64,000 nucleotides of DNA from positions 128,001-192,000 of the forward strand of contig CBDCOZ010000003.1 of NCBI GenBank assembly GCA_965220085.1. The letters run 5' to 3'. The DNA comes from Candidatus Oxydemutatoraceae bacterium. GTDB taxonomy: Bacteria > Pseudomonadota > Gammaproteobacteria > Poriferisulfidales > Oxydemutatoraceae. Below are positions 54,686-64,000 of the stretch, piece by piece. Positions within the stretch are counted from its first letter, which is position 1; the number at the start of each line of letters is the position of its first letter. The notes under the pieces are model-generated. The model made no database searches and was not told the origin of the DNA. It saw nothing but the letters and a program-made list of their open reading frames with translations. The position numbers were made by a program, and so were the translations under genes.

Positions 54686-56626
54686 ATGACCGACAGCGAT
54701 ATCAAACAACAGCGCTACCCCGCGCCCGCGGACCCGAACGCGCTGGCAGACGCGCAGACCTATCAACGCATGTATCAAAAGTCTGTCGAAGACCCGGAGG
54801 CGTTCTGGGCCGAGCAGGCGCGCGCGTTTCTGGACTGGAAGCGCGAATGGGACAGCGTGCTGGAGTGGGATTACGACAAGGCGATCATCCGCTGGTTTGA
54901 TGGCGGGCGGCTGAATGTCTCCTACAATTGTCTGGACCGGCATTTGGACAAGCACGGCGATCGCGCGGCCATTATCTGGGAGGGCGATGAGCCGTCGCAA
55001 AGCAAAACGTTTACCTATCGCGAGTTGCACGAGATGGTGTGCCGGTTTGCCAATGTGCTCAAAGCGCAGGGGGTTAAAAAAGGCGATCGGGTTTGCATAT
55101 ACATGCCGATGATCGTCGAGGCGACGGTGGCGATGCTGGCGTGCGCGCGTATCGGCGCCATTCACTCGGTGGTGTTCGGCGGCTTTTCTCCGACGGCGCT
55201 GCGTGATCGCATCTTGGATTCCGATTGCACGATGCTCATCACCGCCGATGAGGGGCGGCGCGGCGGCAAGATTGTGCCGCTGAAGGCCAACTCCGATATC
55301 GCCGCCGCCGAGTGCCCGAATGTCCGCGCGGTAATCGTCGTGCGCAATACCGGCGCGGATGTGGCTATGCGCGAAGGGCGCGATGAGTGGTATCACGAGG
55401 CGGTCGCGGCGGCGAGCGCGGAGTGCGAAGCCGAGCCGATGGAGGCCGAAGACCCGCTGTTTATTCTCTACACTTCCGGTTCTACCGGCACGCCCAAGGG
55501 GGTGTTGCATACGATGGGGGGGTATTTGTTGTATGCGGCCATCACGCATCGCTACAGTTTTGATTACCGCGATGGCGAGGTGTATTGGTGTACCGCCGAT
55601 GTCGGCTGGATTACCGGGCATTCGTATATCGTGTACGGGCCGTTGGCGAACGCCGCAACGACTGTGATGTTTGAAGGGGTGCCGACCTACCCCGACGCAT
55701 CGCGCTGTTGGCAAGTGATAGACAAGCACAAGGTCAATGTCTTTTACACCGCCCCGACCGCCATTCGCGCGCTTATGCGGCTGGGGGATGCGCCGGTCAA
55801 GAAGGCCGACCGCGGCAGCTTGCGCGTCATTGCGACCGTGGGCGAGCCTATTAACCCCGAAGCCTGGGAATGGTATTACCGCGTGGTCGGCGAACGGCGT
55901 TGTCCGGTCATCGACACATGGTGGCAGACCGAAACCGGCGGGCATATGATCACGCCGTTGCCCTATGCGACCGATTTGAAACCCGGTTCTGCGGCGCGCC
56001 CGTTCTTCGGCATCTGTCCTGCCATCGTTGACGATGCGGGCAATGAGTTGGACGGCGCGTGCGAAGACAAGTTGGTGATTACCCGCCCGTGGCCCGGGCA
56101 GATGCGCACGGTGTATGGCAACCATCAGCGGTTTATAGATACCTACTTCAAGACCTTCCCCGGCAAATACTTTACCGGCGACGGCTGCCGCCGCGATGAG
56201 GACGGCTACTACTGGATTACCGGACGCGTCGATGACATTATTAATGTGTCGGGGCATCGCATCGGCACGGCCGAAGTCGAAAGCGCGATGGTGTTGCACG
56301 AAAAAGTCGCCGAAGTGGCGGTGGTCGGCTACCCGCACGAAGTAAAGGGGCAAGGCATATACGCGTACGTCACTTTGATGCAGGAAGTCGAGGGCAGCGA
56401 ACCCTTGCGTGAAGAACTGTTGGCACTGGTCAAGCAGGAAATCGGTGCCATCGCGATTCCGGATGTGCTGCAATGGGCACCAGACTTGCCCAAGACGCGC
56501 TCGGGCAAAATCATGCGACGGATCCTGCGCAAAATCGCATGCGGTGAGACCGATGAGATTGGCGACACTTCAACACTCGCCGACCCCACCGTCGTTGAGG
56601 CGATCATCAAAGGCAAAGCCGGCTAG
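54686..56626 (+). CDS. acs: Acetyl-CoA synthetase
   Basis: [37 protein letters not shown]. Confidence 0.96.
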   Translation: MTDSDIKQQRYPAPADPNALADAQTYQRMYQKSVEDPEAFWAEQARAFLDWKREWDSVLEWDYDKAIIRWFDGGRLNVSYNCLDRHLDKHGDRAAIIWEGDEPSQSKTFTYRELHEMVCRFANVLKAQGVKKGDRVCIYMPMIVEATVAMLACARIGAIHSVVFGGFSPTALRDRILDSDCTMLITADEGRRGGKIVPLKANSDIAAAECPNVRAVIVVRNTGADVAMREGRDEWYHEAVAAASAECEAEPMEAEDPLFILYTSGSTGTPKGVLHTMGGYLLYAAITHRYSFDYRDGEVYWCTADVGWITGHSYIVYGPLANAATTVMFEGVPTYPDASRCWQVIDKHKVNVFYTAPTAIRALMRLGDAPVKKADRGSLRVIATVGEPINPEAWEWYYRVVGERRCPVIDTWWQTETGGHMITPLPYATDLKPGSAARPFFGICPAIVDDAGNELDGACEDKLVITRPWPGQMRTVYGNHQRFIDTYFKTFPGKYFTGDGCRRDEDGYYWITGRVDDIINVSGHRIGTAEVESAMVLHEKVAEVAVVGYPHEVKGQGIYAYVTLMQEVEGSEPLREELLALVKQEIGAIAIPDVLQWAPDLPKTRSGKIMRRILRKIACGETDEIGDTSTLADPTVVEAIIKGKAG

Positions 56627-56648
56627 CTTGGCTGATGTAACAAGCAGA

Positions 56649-57506
56649 ATGGCAGGCGAAATAAAGTTCGTTGCAATTGATGTTGAGACGGCAAACTCTG
56701 ATCTCAGTTCAATTTGTCAGGTTGGTATTGCCACTTTTGGCGAGTCCGGACTGATTGACGAGTGGCGCAGTCTTGTGAATCCGGGAGTTGATTTTGGCCC
56801 TGATCCTGCTGGGCATGGTATCAAGAAAGAAGATGTTATTGACAGTCCGACCTTCCGTGAAGTTTCAAAAATTATCGGTAGAAAGGTTAATGGACAAGTA
56901 TGTATCGCGCATAACGCTTCTTTTGATAAATCTGCGTTAGAACAGGCTGCTAAAAAGGATAATCTTGAGCCGCTGAATCCAATTTGGCTTTGTTCTGCTG
57001 AGGTGGCTCGCAGAACTTGGAGCGATGTATCTGAGAAAGGGTATAAACTCAAAGATGTGTGTCAGAAGATCGGATATGAATTTGAGCATCACGATGCATT
57101 AGAGGATGCAAAAGCGGCAGGGCATGTCATGATAGCAGCTCTTGAAGAATCTGGTATCAGTCTAGAGGAGTGGCTAGAACAGCCTATTAATTCATCATCG
57201 CGACCGAAGGGAAAGAATATTGAAAGAAGCGGCAATCCTAACGGGAAGTTGCACGGCGAGGTTATTGTATTTACTGGGAAGCTAAGATCATATGAGAAAG
57301 CAGAAGCAGCAGATTTAGCTGCGTCTTTGGGATGCGATGTACAGCTTAGAGTGACAAAGAAAACCACGCTTTTAGTTGTCAAGGATAAAGACTCAGGTAA
57401 GCCTTCAAGGAATCATCAAAGATCTAAGGAGCTAATCGCGAAAGGGGAAAGAATTAAAGTCGTAGATGAGGATGACTTTGTCAAATTGATAAAAGACAAC
57501 TCTTAG
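56649..57506 (+). CDS. DEDDh 3'-5' exonuclease with C-terminal BRCT
   Basis: AIDVETAN, AHNASFD, HHDALEDA; VFTGKL...VTKKTTLLVV. Confidence 0.88.
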   Translation: MAGEIKFVAIDVETANSDLSSICQVGIATFGESGLIDEWRSLVNPGVDFGPDPAGHGIKKEDVIDSPTFREVSKIIGRKVNGQVCIAHNASFDKSALEQAAKKDNLEPLNPIWLCSAEVARRTWSDVSEKGYKLKDVCQKIGYEFEHHDALEDAKAAGHVMIAALEESGISLEEWLEQPINSSSRPKGKNIERSGNPNGKLHGEVIVFTGKLRSYEKAEAADLAASLGCDVQLRVTKKTTLLVVKDKDSGKPSRNHQRSKELIAKGERIKVVDEDDFVKLIKDNS

Positions 57507-57566
57507 TTTACACCTGCTTTTTATTAGCTTATTGAGTCGGATTGCTTAGCTGTATTTATGTATATT

Positions 57567-58256
57567 ATGGAGAATTCGACCAAACATATACGCCGTTCGC
57601 ATGACAAGCCCATTCGGGAAAACCTCTCGTGGGATGAGCAGTGGAAAGCGGCGGACAAAGGGTTGATCGGTTGCTGGGAGACTGGGCGGAAACTTGTCCG
57701 AACGCATCCGGAGTTAGCGGAAAAGGCTAAGAACAGCGAGCTTCCCGCTTTGAATTGGAAGGGCGGGTCGGATACGAAGTATTGCAAGCCGGACTACTTG
57801 GCGCGCTGGCAGGGGTTGCGCGGCGAACCGATGGATATTGATGCGACAAGCGAAAGAGAGCTTGTTTGTTCGCAGACGGGAGTCGCGGTCGTGTTTGCTG
57901 TGGGCGCCGATGCGCGGTATGACCGGCGGCAGTTACAGAACGAATGGCAGATTGGGAAGGAGTTGGCGGAGAAGAGCCCGCAGTTGGCAGAGAGGGCCAA
58001 GCGAGGGGAGTTGCTTGTTTTGCCCAAGCCGGGCAGTACCGCGGGCAACCTCAGCATCGGCGAAAGCATACGATATGGTTCGCTGTTTTATTTGGCGCAA
58101 TGGCAGGGATTGCGCGGCGAAGATTTGAATATTGACACATCGGTCGCGCGCGAGGTTGTTTGTTCAAGAACCGGGATGACGACGATATTTGCCGGCGCTG
58201 CCGAAGGGTTTGAGATGCGGCGCAAAGAGCTTGAGAAGCATCGGAAGCCCGCATAG
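57567..58256 (+). CDS. Hypothetical protein with an internally duplicated domain
   Basis: Two copies of W..G..L....LAE.AK..EL...YLA.WQGLRGE...ID....RE.VCS.TG. Confidence 0.7.
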   Translation: MENSTKHIRRSHDKPIRENLSWDEQWKAADKGLIGCWETGRKLVRTHPELAEKAKNSELPALNWKGGSDTKYCKPDYLARWQGLRGEPMDIDATSERELVCSQTGVAVVFAVGADARYDRRQLQNEWQIGKELAEKSPQLAERAKRGELLVLPKPGSTAGNLSIGESIRYGSLFYLAQWQGLRGEDLNIDTSVAREVVCSRTGMTTIFAGAAEGFEMRRKELEKHRKPA

Positions 58257-58293
58257 TTTTCATTGATGTGACAGGCAAGATGTGACAGGCAAG

Positions 58294-59163
58294 ATGGCAA
58301 GCAAAGTGAAATTTGTCGCGATTGGCGTTGAGACGGTAAACTCTGACCTCAGTTCAATCTGTCAGGTCGGCATTGCCACTTTTGGCAAGTCCGGACTGAT
58401 TGACGAGTGGCGCAGTCTTGTGAATCCGAGAACCTATTTTGGCGAAATGAACCCTGGCCTGCGCGGAGTCAGAAAAGCAGATCTTATGAAGAGTCCGGCA
58501 TTTTATGAAATCTCAGAAATTATTAGTGAGAAGGCGAATGGCCGGGTATGTGTCTACCATTCTCAAGTGCATTTTGAGCAGAAGGCGTTAGAACAGGCTA
58601 TTGAAAAGGATGATCTTGAGCCGCTGAATCTAATTTGGCTTAATTCTACTGAGGTGGCTCGCAGAACTTGGCGCGATGTGGCTAAGGCAGGGTATGGAAT
58701 CGTCAATGTGTGCAAGAAGATTGGGTATGAACTTGAGCATCGCGATGCATTGGAAGATGCAAAAGCGGCGGGGCATATCATGATGGCGGCTCTTGAAGAA
58801 TCCGGTATCAGTCTGGAGGACTGGCTAATATTGACAAAGCAACCTAATTCATTGTTGCACCCGAGGGGAAAGAGTATCAAAAGAAACGGCAATTTCAAAG
58901 GGAAGTTGCGCGGCGAGGTTCTTGTGTTTGCCGGGAGGCTCGGCGCATATAGGAGAGCGCAAGCGGCGGATTTGATTGCGTATTTGGGATGCGATGTGCG
59001 GCCCAAAGTGACACAGAAAACCACGCTTTTGGTTGTCGGGGATCAAGGCGCTGGCAAGCCTTTGAGGAACTATCAAGAGGCTAAAGAGCGAATCAAGGAA
59101 GGGCAAAGAATTAAAATCATAGATGAGGATGGCTTTGTCAAATTGATAAGAGACAACGCTTAG
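58294..59163 (+). CDS. DEDDh-BRCT paralog with degenerate active site
   Basis: Aligns to 56649 gene but has AIGVET, VHFEQ, HRDALED. Confidence 0.85.
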   Translation: MASKVKFVAIGVETVNSDLSSICQVGIATFGKSGLIDEWRSLVNPRTYFGEMNPGLRGVRKADLMKSPAFYEISEIISEKANGRVCVYHSQVHFEQKALEQAIEKDDLEPLNLIWLNSTEVARRTWRDVAKAGYGIVNVCKKIGYELEHRDALEDAKAAGHIMMAALEESGISLEDWLILTKQPNSLLHPRGKSIKRNGNFKGKLRGEVLVFAGRLGAYRRAQAADLIAYLGCDVRPKVTQKTTLLVVGDQGAGKPLRNYQEAKERIKEGQRIKIIDEDGFVKLIRDNA

Positions 59164-59224
59164 TTGGCGCCCGCTTTTTGTTGGCTTATTGAGTCAGACA
59201 GCTTAGCTGTATTTACCGTATATT

Positions 59225-59854
59225 ATGGGCATTATGAAAACGAATGACCCAGAGTTAGTGCGCCGTTTCCACACTGGGAGGTTAAGCGATCGCTCAGTAG
59301 ATGAGCTTATCGGTTTATCCGCAGGCATTATCGCAGATGGTGTTGTTAATCAGAAAGAAGCCGAATTCTTGCATAACTGGTTAGCAAAGTATGCCAGTGT
59401 GGCGAATGAAAACTCAATGACTCGCAATCTTTTAACTCGCATTAGGGAAGTGCTTTCCGATGGTGTGCTGGATGATGAAGAGTCACGCGAACTGCTTGAG
59501 GTGTTGAAAAGCTTTGCCGGCGTGGGTGAGGTTGGGGAGGTTCCGCTTGCGACAGATTTGCCTTTGGATAATCCCCCGCCAAGAATGGTGGCTGACGGTA
59601 AGCGATTTTGTTTTACTGGTTTATTCTTGTTCGGGAAACGCGATAAGTGTGAACAGCACACTAAAGATTCTGGCGGAACAGCAGGAAGCCTGACGCAGAA
59701 AACGGATTATTTGGTTATCGGGTATTATGCGGCCGAATCATGGAAACATACAAGCTATGGCAATAAAATCTTGCGAGCTTTAGAGATGAGAGAGAAGGGT
59801 GTTCCCATTTATATTGTTAGTGAGAAGCATTGGATTAAGGAGTGTCATAGTTGA
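59225..59854 (+). CDS. BRCT-domain protein with helical N-terminus
   Basis: GIIADGVVNQKEA.FL..WL; FCFTG.F...TDYLVIG...SW.H.SYGNKI..A. Confidence 0.82.
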   Translation: MGIMKTNDPELVRRFHTGRLSDRSVDELIGLSAGIIADGVVNQKEAEFLHNWLAKYASVANENSMTRNLLTRIREVLSDGVLDDEESRELLEVLKSFAGVGEVGEVPLATDLPLDNPPPRMVADGKRFCFTGLFLFGKRDKCEQHTKDSGGTAGSLTQKTDYLVIGYYAAESWKHTSYGNKILRALEMREKGVPIYIVSEKHWIKECHS

Positions 59855-60433
59855 AGGGTGGTGTAAGAAAAGCCACACCATAGCCCGAATAGAAAGCAGT
59901 CCAGCAAAAAGCGTTTGCACTATAGTTGCTAGTGTCAGCATGGCTAAGTAAATGGTATGATTCCGTAAAACCTGCGCCTGCCTGTCCGCCGGATGATTTA
60001 TAAGATTGTAGGTGCGCAACGCTAGGGATGCGCACTTAGTTTTCGCATCAGGATCTCAAGCGAGATTATATGCATGTCGTTTCCTACGGGAAATTCGTCA
60101 TTGACCTGCTATAGACAATATGATGATTCCATAGTGAAATCTGGCGACTGGATGCGCAAGCTACCAGACAACTTCCACATAGGTAGGGTAGAGCAAGGTT
60201 ATATGGTATTCTTTGGAGGTGAGTCATGAAAGCATTACCGAGAGCACATCGAGAGTACATAAAGAGACGCCACCCTAGAGGTGGCGTCGGGCCGAGGATA
60301 CTATCCTCGGGGTGGTTAATGCTTGGCAGTTTACTGATATCCAGCATAGGTGTCAAGCCCCCCGCAGACCCAAGGTTCGTAGGGCATTGCTTGAGTGCTA
60401 TAGTCTGTCAAAATTGCTAATCTGAGAGATAAT

Positions 60434-61051
60434 ATGACTAAAGTAATCAGTTATATAGATGGTTTCAACCTGTACTATGGCTTACGAGAAAAAGGCTGGA
60501 GGAAATACTACTGGTTGGATGTAGCCAAAGTGTCTAAGGCCATTCTCAAGCAGGACCAAGCCCTGCAGCATTGCTACTATTTCACAGCCCACATTAGAAC
60601 TAATAAACATGGTCAGAACAGGCACAGGCAAACCCTTTGGCTGGATGCACTGAAAACTCGCCCTGATATCACATGTCGCTTTGGGCAATATCTAACCAAA
60701 ACCGTACAATGCAATAGTTGCAAAGCTACATGGAGGCAACCCGAAGAAAAGATGACTGATGTTAATATCGCTACGCAACTCATCGTTGATGCCTATGAAG
60801 GAAACTATGACACAGCACTGATTGTGTCTGGTGACAGTGACTTAACGCCTCCTATTGAGTATATCCGCAAAAGGTTCCCAGACAAGAAGATAGTTGTTGC
60901 GTTCCCACCTAGACGTCACTCAAAACAGCTTAAAAAGGCAGCCAGTAGATATATCATTTTGGGTGAAGACAAACTGCGTAACGGCCTTTTACCAGACAAA
61001 ATTACCGTCGCAAGCGGTCATGTGCTAAAGCGTCCTGATTCTTGGCGCTAG
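60434..61051 (+). CDS. NYN-domain (PIN-fold) protein
   Basis: YIDGFNLYYG, EEKMTDVNIA, LIVSGDSDL.P. Confidence 0.92.
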   Translation: MTKVISYIDGFNLYYGLREKGWRKYYWLDVAKVSKAILKQDQALQHCYYFTAHIRTNKHGQNRHRQTLWLDALKTRPDITCRFGQYLTKTVQCNSCKATWRQPEEKMTDVNIATQLIVDAYEGNYDTALIVSGDSDLTPPIEYIRKRFPDKKIVVAFPPRRHSKQLKKAASRYIILGEDKLRNGLLPDKITVASGHVLKRPDSWR

Positions 61052-61461
61052 ATGCCATGCGCCAACATATAACACAATCGCATCAACTGACTGTCAGTGC
61101 GCAGTGCTAGGGGTGGGCAGTAATCTTTTGCATCAGCTTCTCAAGCGAGATTACATGTGTGTTCCTCCTGCGGGGAATGCGTCATCGCCTCCGCAGACGA
61201 TGTATTTTTGCATCACTTTGACATCATCGCAAATCCGATTGAGAACTGTCGGCGCTGGTCAAGCAAGCGATTGGCGCTATCGCCATTGCGGATGTGTTGC
61301 AATGCGCCCATGACACACAGCATTTGCCCCATGTATAAATATGTCATGGTATCATGCGCCATACTGCCAAGGTGCTAAGATTAGGTTCGCCTATCCGCTC
61401 TGGCATGGAATGAATCAATCAACGGGATTCACGCGCATCATAATTAATCGGAGAAAATGCA

Positions 61462-61818
61462 ATGCAAAACTTTTTGATGACTTTGTCTCTTGCGCTTGTT
61501 TTTAGCGTGATGTTTCTGCCGTCTGTTTCGTATGCTCAAGGCGCTGACTGCTCGCCCGTGCTCCCTCGGTGCGAGGCTCTGGGGGCCAAAGCGCAAAAAC
61601 TCATGAAATCTTTGCCTGAGCCGGAGGACATGATTGCAGTGCTTCAAGCGCAAGATTGCATGAGCAGGCGCGTAGCAGAAGTAAGCCGCGGATGTGCCAA
61701 GGAATATCGTGCCGCGGGGAACTCTGTGTGCGTTAGTCTTTTGGAAGAACAAGCGAGAACTGCCGAGGAAGAAGCCAAACGATTCGAGAAATCTTGGCGT
61801 GATCGCCGCTCCCTATGA
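61462..61818 (+). CDS. Small secreted Cys-containing protein
   Basis: Signal peptide ending SYA|Q; GGAG RBS. Confidence 0.7.
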   Translation: MQNFLMTLSLALVFSVMFLPSVSYAQGADCSPVLPRCEALGAKAQKLMKSLPEPEDMIAVLQAQDCMSRRVAEVSRGCAKEYRAAGNSVCVSLLEEQARTAEEEAKRFEKSWRDRRSL

Positions 61819-61879
61819 TTGTCCAAAATTGTGAATTACCCTCAATTAAACAACGTAAGCAGCGACTGAAAAAAACCAA

Positions 61880-62851
61880 ATGAAAAAAATTTCTGCGCTG
61901 ATAGCGGCTCTTTTTGTTGCGCTTGCTGTGCAAACCGCACAAGCAGAAAACTGTGACTTTCGCTTTATGTGCTCTGCAAAGCATTTTGCAAAGGAGGCCG
62001 CAAATTTTGTTATGGGGCATGGGGGAATCAGTCTTCTGGAAGCGTTGTCTGACACATCGAAAGGCGCTCACTTTTGCGGAGGAGAGGGAGAGCCTCCGGA
62101 AGGTTGCAGCCTTGATGACGCTTTGGAGCATTACAAAGCTAATCCCGAAGACACTGCTTTTCTAGGAGAGTTTGTCGGCCAAGTGCAAGTTCAAAGAGAA
62201 GACGGAAAAAATTATGGTTATACGGGTTTTATCGCAAGAACAGAAAAATGCGCCGGAAACAATCTTATTTTTACAAATGCTCACGCTCTGTTTAATCGTA
62301 AAACAGGGGAGACTTATGCAAGAAATGCCAAGTTTTGTCTCAAGGGAAAATGTTATGAGTTGGATCTTGATGCCATTTCTAAAATGGAAGAACAAGGACT
62401 GCTTGGCAAAAGAAAGTTCGCGTCCGGAGAAAGATATTTGGATTATATTGCTCTGCCTGTCAAAGGCAAAAAGCCCGCTCCTCAAAGGGTCGCAAAGCTT
62501 GCTCCTTTTAAGAAAGGTTCTTATCTTAATAAGGGTGTGCTATCCGCGGGATATCATATTAAAAACAAAAAAATCCATTCCGTGCGCGGGTGCAAAATTA
62601 CGCATACGCATGCCCATCCATATCCTCTGACTCTTTATCATAATTGCCCCGGCACAAACGGTTTTTCAGGCTCTCCTCTTATAAGCCATAAAGGCGAAAT
62701 TGTGGCTTTTCATGCTGCTAGCGGAAAGAAGGCGAAGGGACAATCCTATGATCCTCGCAATAAGATCTTTAATCGGGGCGGTGGCATTTCACAAACGCTC
62801 ATTGATAATTTAAACCGATATTGCTCTGACTTTTTGGCAAGTAGCGACTGA
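61880..62851 (+). CDS. Secreted trypsin-like serine protease
   Basis: AQA signal; TNAH, DYIAL, HNCP...GFSGSPL, VAFH. Confidence 0.82.
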   Translation: MKKISALIAALFVALAVQTAQAENCDFRFMCSAKHFAKEAANFVMGHGGISLLEALSDTSKGAHFCGGEGEPPEGCSLDDALEHYKANPEDTAFLGEFVGQVQVQREDGKNYGYTGFIARTEKCAGNNLIFTNAHALFNRKTGETYARNAKFCLKGKCYELDLDAISKMEEQGLLGKRKFASGERYLDYIALPVKGKKPAPQRVAKLAPFKKGSYLNKGVLSAGYHIKNKKIHSVRGCKITHTHAHPYPLTLYHNCPGTNGFSGSPLISHKGEIVAFHAASGKKAKGQSYDPRNKIFNRGGGISQTLIDNLNRYCSDFLASSD

Positions 62852-62861
62852 AAAAAACCAA

Positions 62862-63821
62862 ATGAAAAAAATTTCTGCGCTTATAGCGGCTCTTTTTGTT
62901 GCGCTTGTTGCGCAAACCGCACAAGCAGAAAACTGTGATTTTCGCTTTATGTGCTCTGCAAAGCATTTTGCAAAGGAGGCCGCAAACTTTGTTATGGAAC
63001 ACGGAGGAATCAGTCTTCTGGAAGCGCTGTCCGGCACGTCAAAAGGCGCTTACTTTTGCGGAGGAGAGGGAGAGCCTCCGAAGGGTTGCAGTCTTGATGA
63101 GGCGTTAGAGTATTACAAAGCCAGCACAGAGGATGCTGCTTTTTTAGAAGAGTTTGTCGGTCAATTGGAAACTCAAAAAAAAGACGGAGTAAGTTATGCC
63201 GCCACAGGTTTTATTGTAAGAACGGAAACTTGCGCCGGAAACAATCTTATTTTTACGAACTCTCATGCTTTCTTTAACCGCAAAACAGGGGAGCTTGTCG
63301 CAAAAAATTCAAAGTTCTGTCTCAAAGGAACATGTTATGAGTTGGATCTTGATGCCATTTCTAAAATGGAAAAACAGGGGCTACTTGGCAGAAAACAGAT
63401 AACCCGTAACAAAGAAAGAGCCTTTGACTATATTGTTCTTCCTATTAAAGGCAAAAAAAGGCCTGCCCCTCAAAGGGTGGCAACGCTTATTCCTTTTGAA
63501 AAATCTAATCATTGGAATGTGGGCATACGGTTTGCAGGGTATCATGTTGATAATAAAAAAATCTATTCCCTTCGGCAGTGCAAGATTAAACATATCATGG
63601 CTGAAAATCCTCTTGCTCTTTTTCATAATTGCCCGGGTCAAGGGGGTTCTTCAGGCGCTCCTCTTATAAACTCTGACAATGAAGTTGTGGCGTTTCATGC
63701 TTCCGGAAAGGGGAAGAACGGACAAGCCTATGACCCGCATAATGACAGCTTTAATATGGGCGGCGCTATTTCACAAGAGTTCATTGATAATTTAAACCGG
63801 TATTGCTTTGACTCAAATTGA
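62862..63821 (+). CDS. Secreted trypsin-like serine protease (tandem paralog)
   Basis: TNSH, DYIVL, HNCP...GSSGAPL; N-terminus nearly identical to previous gene. Confidence 0.82.
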   Translation: MKKISALIAALFVALVAQTAQAENCDFRFMCSAKHFAKEAANFVMEHGGISLLEALSGTSKGAYFCGGEGEPPKGCSLDEALEYYKASTEDAAFLEEFVGQLETQKKDGVSYAATGFIVRTETCAGNNLIFTNSHAFFNRKTGELVAKNSKFCLKGTCYELDLDAISKMEKQGLLGRKQITRNKERAFDYIVLPIKGKKRPAPQRVATLIPFEKSNHWNVGIRFAGYHVDNKKIYSLRQCKIKHIMAENPLALFHNCPGQGGSSGAPLINSDNEVVAFHASGKGKNGQAYDPHNDSFNMGGAISQEFIDNLNRYCFDSN

Positions 63822-64000
63822 TACGGTTCTAAAAACTCAAGTCTTATGCTTTTTCAGCCGACAGAGCTTTGGTCGCAGGACTCATAGTTGCCTCCTTTGC
63901 GGCGGAAGCAACTATTTCATGGAGACCTCTGATGCCGTAGCTGATGTGTTGATATTGCATGTCGGCTTTTGTTGAAGCCAAGAATCCAGAATGTTTCCGG

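Noticed and set aside
57548-57566. LexA box upstream of BRCT-cluster genes
   Set aside because: Only the CTGT half-site is present; there is no ACAG at the required spacing.
59860-60430. Gene or ncRNA between the BRCT and NYN genes
   Set aside because: Only short ORFs without motifs; no structure I can support.

Overview
A GC-rich gammaproteobacterial chromosome segment (marine or host-associated lifestyle is inference only). The housekeeping backbone is ubiB, uvrD, lspA-ileS-ribF, gmhB, glyQS, selU/selD, nadA, ubiK, catalase, yifB, cytochrome c5, a minor type IV pilin operon, topA, pyrF-yfhL-coaD, rsmD-M16 peptidases, gmd-fcl and MFS-ALDH-acs. There is one complete IS1595-family element and a lower-GC accessory end (DEDDh-BRCT pair, BRCT, NYN, trypsin-like pair). 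The main discovery is a dispersed family of 8 genes in 4 loci whose passenger domains fall into two unrelated classes (Ig/cadherin-like and Cys-rich) but all end in LRLRLR(L/I)FLEGPLR-stop. Six of the seven complete genes have a 13-28 nt poly-C tract between the start codon/leader and a Sec-type signal peptide; as assembled, one is in frame and five are frameshifted. This looks like a phase-variable repertoire of secreted proteins sharing a C-terminal docking or sorting strand. Two copies sit inside a fimT-pilV-pilW-pilX-pilE operon that has no pilY1. The window also has many short tandem duplications of gene ends. All calls come from reading motifs by eye; no database searches were run, and homopolymer lengths may be affected by sequencing error.
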